Source of the DNA: Camelus dromedarius
Lineage: Eukaryota
Length of the DNA stretch: 64,000 bases
Direction of reading: 5' to 3'
Assembly: GCF_036321535.1 (NCBI RefSeq)
Contig: NC_087437.1
Span: 118,546,001 to 118,610,000 of the forward strand
Below, piece after piece: positions 61,843 through 64,000 of this stretch. The notes under the pieces were generated by a model. The model was not told where the DNA came from. It did no database searches and saw only the letters and a program-made list of their open reading frames with translations. Position 1 is the stretch's first letter; each line of letters opens with the position of its first letter. The position numbers and the translations under genes are program-made.

Positions 61843-63599
61843 GTAAGAATAATCGGATCTGAGAAAACCCAGCGATGGGACAAGATTCTGAAAGCAGTGG
61901 CTGCAGGGCTGACAGTGGGGCCTGGCTGCGGGAGCCAGCGAAAGTCGCGTGGCTGAAGCAGACCAGCGCTCACACGATGAATTATATATCTCTAGGCATT
62001 TTTACAATTTAAGGTAAAGGGCAAGGTTCTTTGAAACTTCCTTCAAGGTACACCCATGGCATGACTTTTTCTTGTTTGTCTTTTGTCTCTGTTTTACTTG
62101 TACAGTTTACAGATGTTAACACACTCTGAATCACCTGGATTATAGTGTTTGTTTAGGAGTTTTTATTAGGGTAGCAGTAAAAGAAAACACATTTATTAAA
62201 TTTGTATGGTCGAATAGAAACGGAGCCTCCAGGCGGCACTAGAACCACAGCAGGCAGAGGTGCCCCCGCCAGGCGGGGGTGGGGGGGGCATCGCGCGGCC
62301 TTCCCCTCACCCCGGAGTCGGAGCACAGGCAGGCTGCAGGCACCCGGGGGTCTCCGGGCACTCTAAGTAACCATGCATCAAAGAGACTGTGGATCCCCTG
62401 CGCTCATTAGCATCAGGACCTTCACAAAACAGGGAAGGACAGAACTGAACGTTCTCCAGTTTGTGGCGACCCAAAGGAAGTCATGATGGTGTGCAGGAGG
62501 AGGGCGGCGGGCTGGGGGGGGTTTCCACCCGGAAGGGATGTCAGAGGCAGCGGAATTGGCACTGGGTGTGCCCCCCGGGTTCCAGGAGACCGGGTGGGTC
62601 TGCATGCACTTGAGAGGTCCCCTCCCCTGGCCTGTCATCAGGCACCACAGCTCCTTGTACAGAGCTGGGCTTTGAGCCAGAGCTAAGTGTGAAACAGAAT
62701 CGTGGGTGCAGAAAGGCCTGTTTTCTCTCCATAAGGAATTTGTTCCAGCTCAAGTTTACTAGCGAGTGGTGCAGGCAGTGGGGGTGGGGGCAACAGGCAG
62801 GGGGCAGGGTGTGTCTGCCAGCGCTGTGGCTTCTCACGAGGCACTGGGCTGAGAACATCACAGGGCACCTTCACTGGAGGCTCAGGACTTCCCCACAAGG
62901 CAGACTTTGTAGGGCCAAGTCATTCCTGTTCTGGAGCTGGGTGGGCTGAGCGTCAGAGGGGTTCAGCCCTCGCCGAGGGCGGTCAGAGCACAGAGCCCTG
63001 TCTGTGCAGCCCGGATGGCTTCTGGGGCCCTGTAATAACTTAGATTCCTACTTGTAACAGACGGTGTGACCTTGGGCAGAACATTTGATCTTCACATGAC
63101 TTTGAAAATGAAAGCAGTACGACTGATTTGATGCTGATTGTTTGGAAGGGGATAGTGCAAAGCTAAATTATCTGGAATTAGTAACATGTAAAGCTTCCTT
63201 GAGAATCAGCTGCTTCAGGGTTCTTTTGAGTGTCCGGACTCCCCATGTCATCTTTTACCTTTTTATCTCTGAAGCTGCAAGATTTCCAACAATTGGCTTC
63301 ACTTCCCCAGGACTGAGGAGACAAGCACAGGATTCGTAGGAAGTGGAGCAGGTCCAGAAACAGGGCTGGCAGAGGGGTCCGGGTGGGTGGCCCAAAGGCG
63401 TTTCTGAAGTGGGCTAACTGAACACCCAGTGCTGATCACAGAGTACCAGCCCCAGGTGCTTTGCACCAAGGATGTGGGTCAGAACCACCTGTGAGGTCTC
63501 TTGACGTCACCGTTGCCTGGGTTCCAGAGCACCCCGGCTGGATCGGGCTCTCTTGGTGGGTCCTGGCCGCTGGTGTGCTTTTAAACCTTTAAAGGGGTA

Positions 63600-63790
63600 A
63601 TAGTGATACCTGTCCTGTGTGCCGCACACTCGTCCAAGCATTCTGTGTGCGCGGCCTCATTTAAGCCCCAGGGGAGCTCTAGGCTGCTACTGTCCTCCCC
63701 GTTTTACAGATAAGCAAACAAAGGAACAAATCACATGGTTAGCGGTGGGCGTTGGAGCCAGGATGCAATTCCAGGCAGTGTTGACTTGGC
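63600..63790 (-). mobile_element. MIR SINE
   Basis: ctccccgttttacagataagcaaaca...ggagccaggatgcaattccaggcagt. Confidence 0.6.
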
Positions 63791-64000
63791 TGCCCCCCAA
63801 GAAGGTGGACACAGACCCGGTCACTGCCAGACCCAGCCCATTTCAAGAGGGGGCTTCATCCCACTCCTTGACCTGAACCCCAAGTGTTTAGACAAAGATC
63901 ACACATAGAGATGGTGCCAGGTTCTGCCAGAGAGCCCAAGGAAGCTGAGAAAGCAGCAGGTAGGGGGCCAAATACAAATGAACTAAACAGATGGGGAGAT

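Noticed and set aside
1..64000. CRISPR array, operon or other prokaryote-type novel system
   Set aside because: The sequence is clearly mammalian (spliced gene, LINE/SINE/LTR content) and I saw no regularly spaced repeat-spacer array.

Overview
Mammalian genomic DNA containing the 5' half of BACE2 (beta-secretase 2 / memapsin-1, pepsin-family A1 aspartyl protease) on the + strand. A camelid origin is most likely, judged from tRNA-Ala-derived Vic-1-like SINEs, cetartiodactyl-type L1 3' ends, and no Alu, B1, Bov-A/tA or PRE-1 elements noticed. A CpG-island promoter lies at about 18.5-20.0 kb. Coding exon 1 is 19066-19365, exon 2 is 52418-52506 (first catalytic DTGS motif) and exon 3 is 61626-61842; the gene continues past the window end. 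The rest is intergenic or intronic DNA with L1, L2, MIR, MaLR/ERV LTRs, hAT/Tigger MITEs and simple repeats, and nearly all other listed ORFs are noise or L1 remnants. No novel gene system is supported. The most interesting signals are: (1) sharply localised AT-to-GC substitution bursts inside repeats, consistent with fossil GC-biased gene conversion / recombination hotspots; (2) two 5'-inverted (twin-primed) L1 insertions; (3) a perfect G-quadruplex motif and an in-frame upstream ATG in the BACE2 leader; (4) an atypical A-rich exon-2 acceptor containing AATAAA; (5) a probable diverged MIR3197 orthologue. Repeat family names are recognised from memory of consensus sequences and need RepeatMasker/Dfam confirmation; boundaries of old repeats are approximate.
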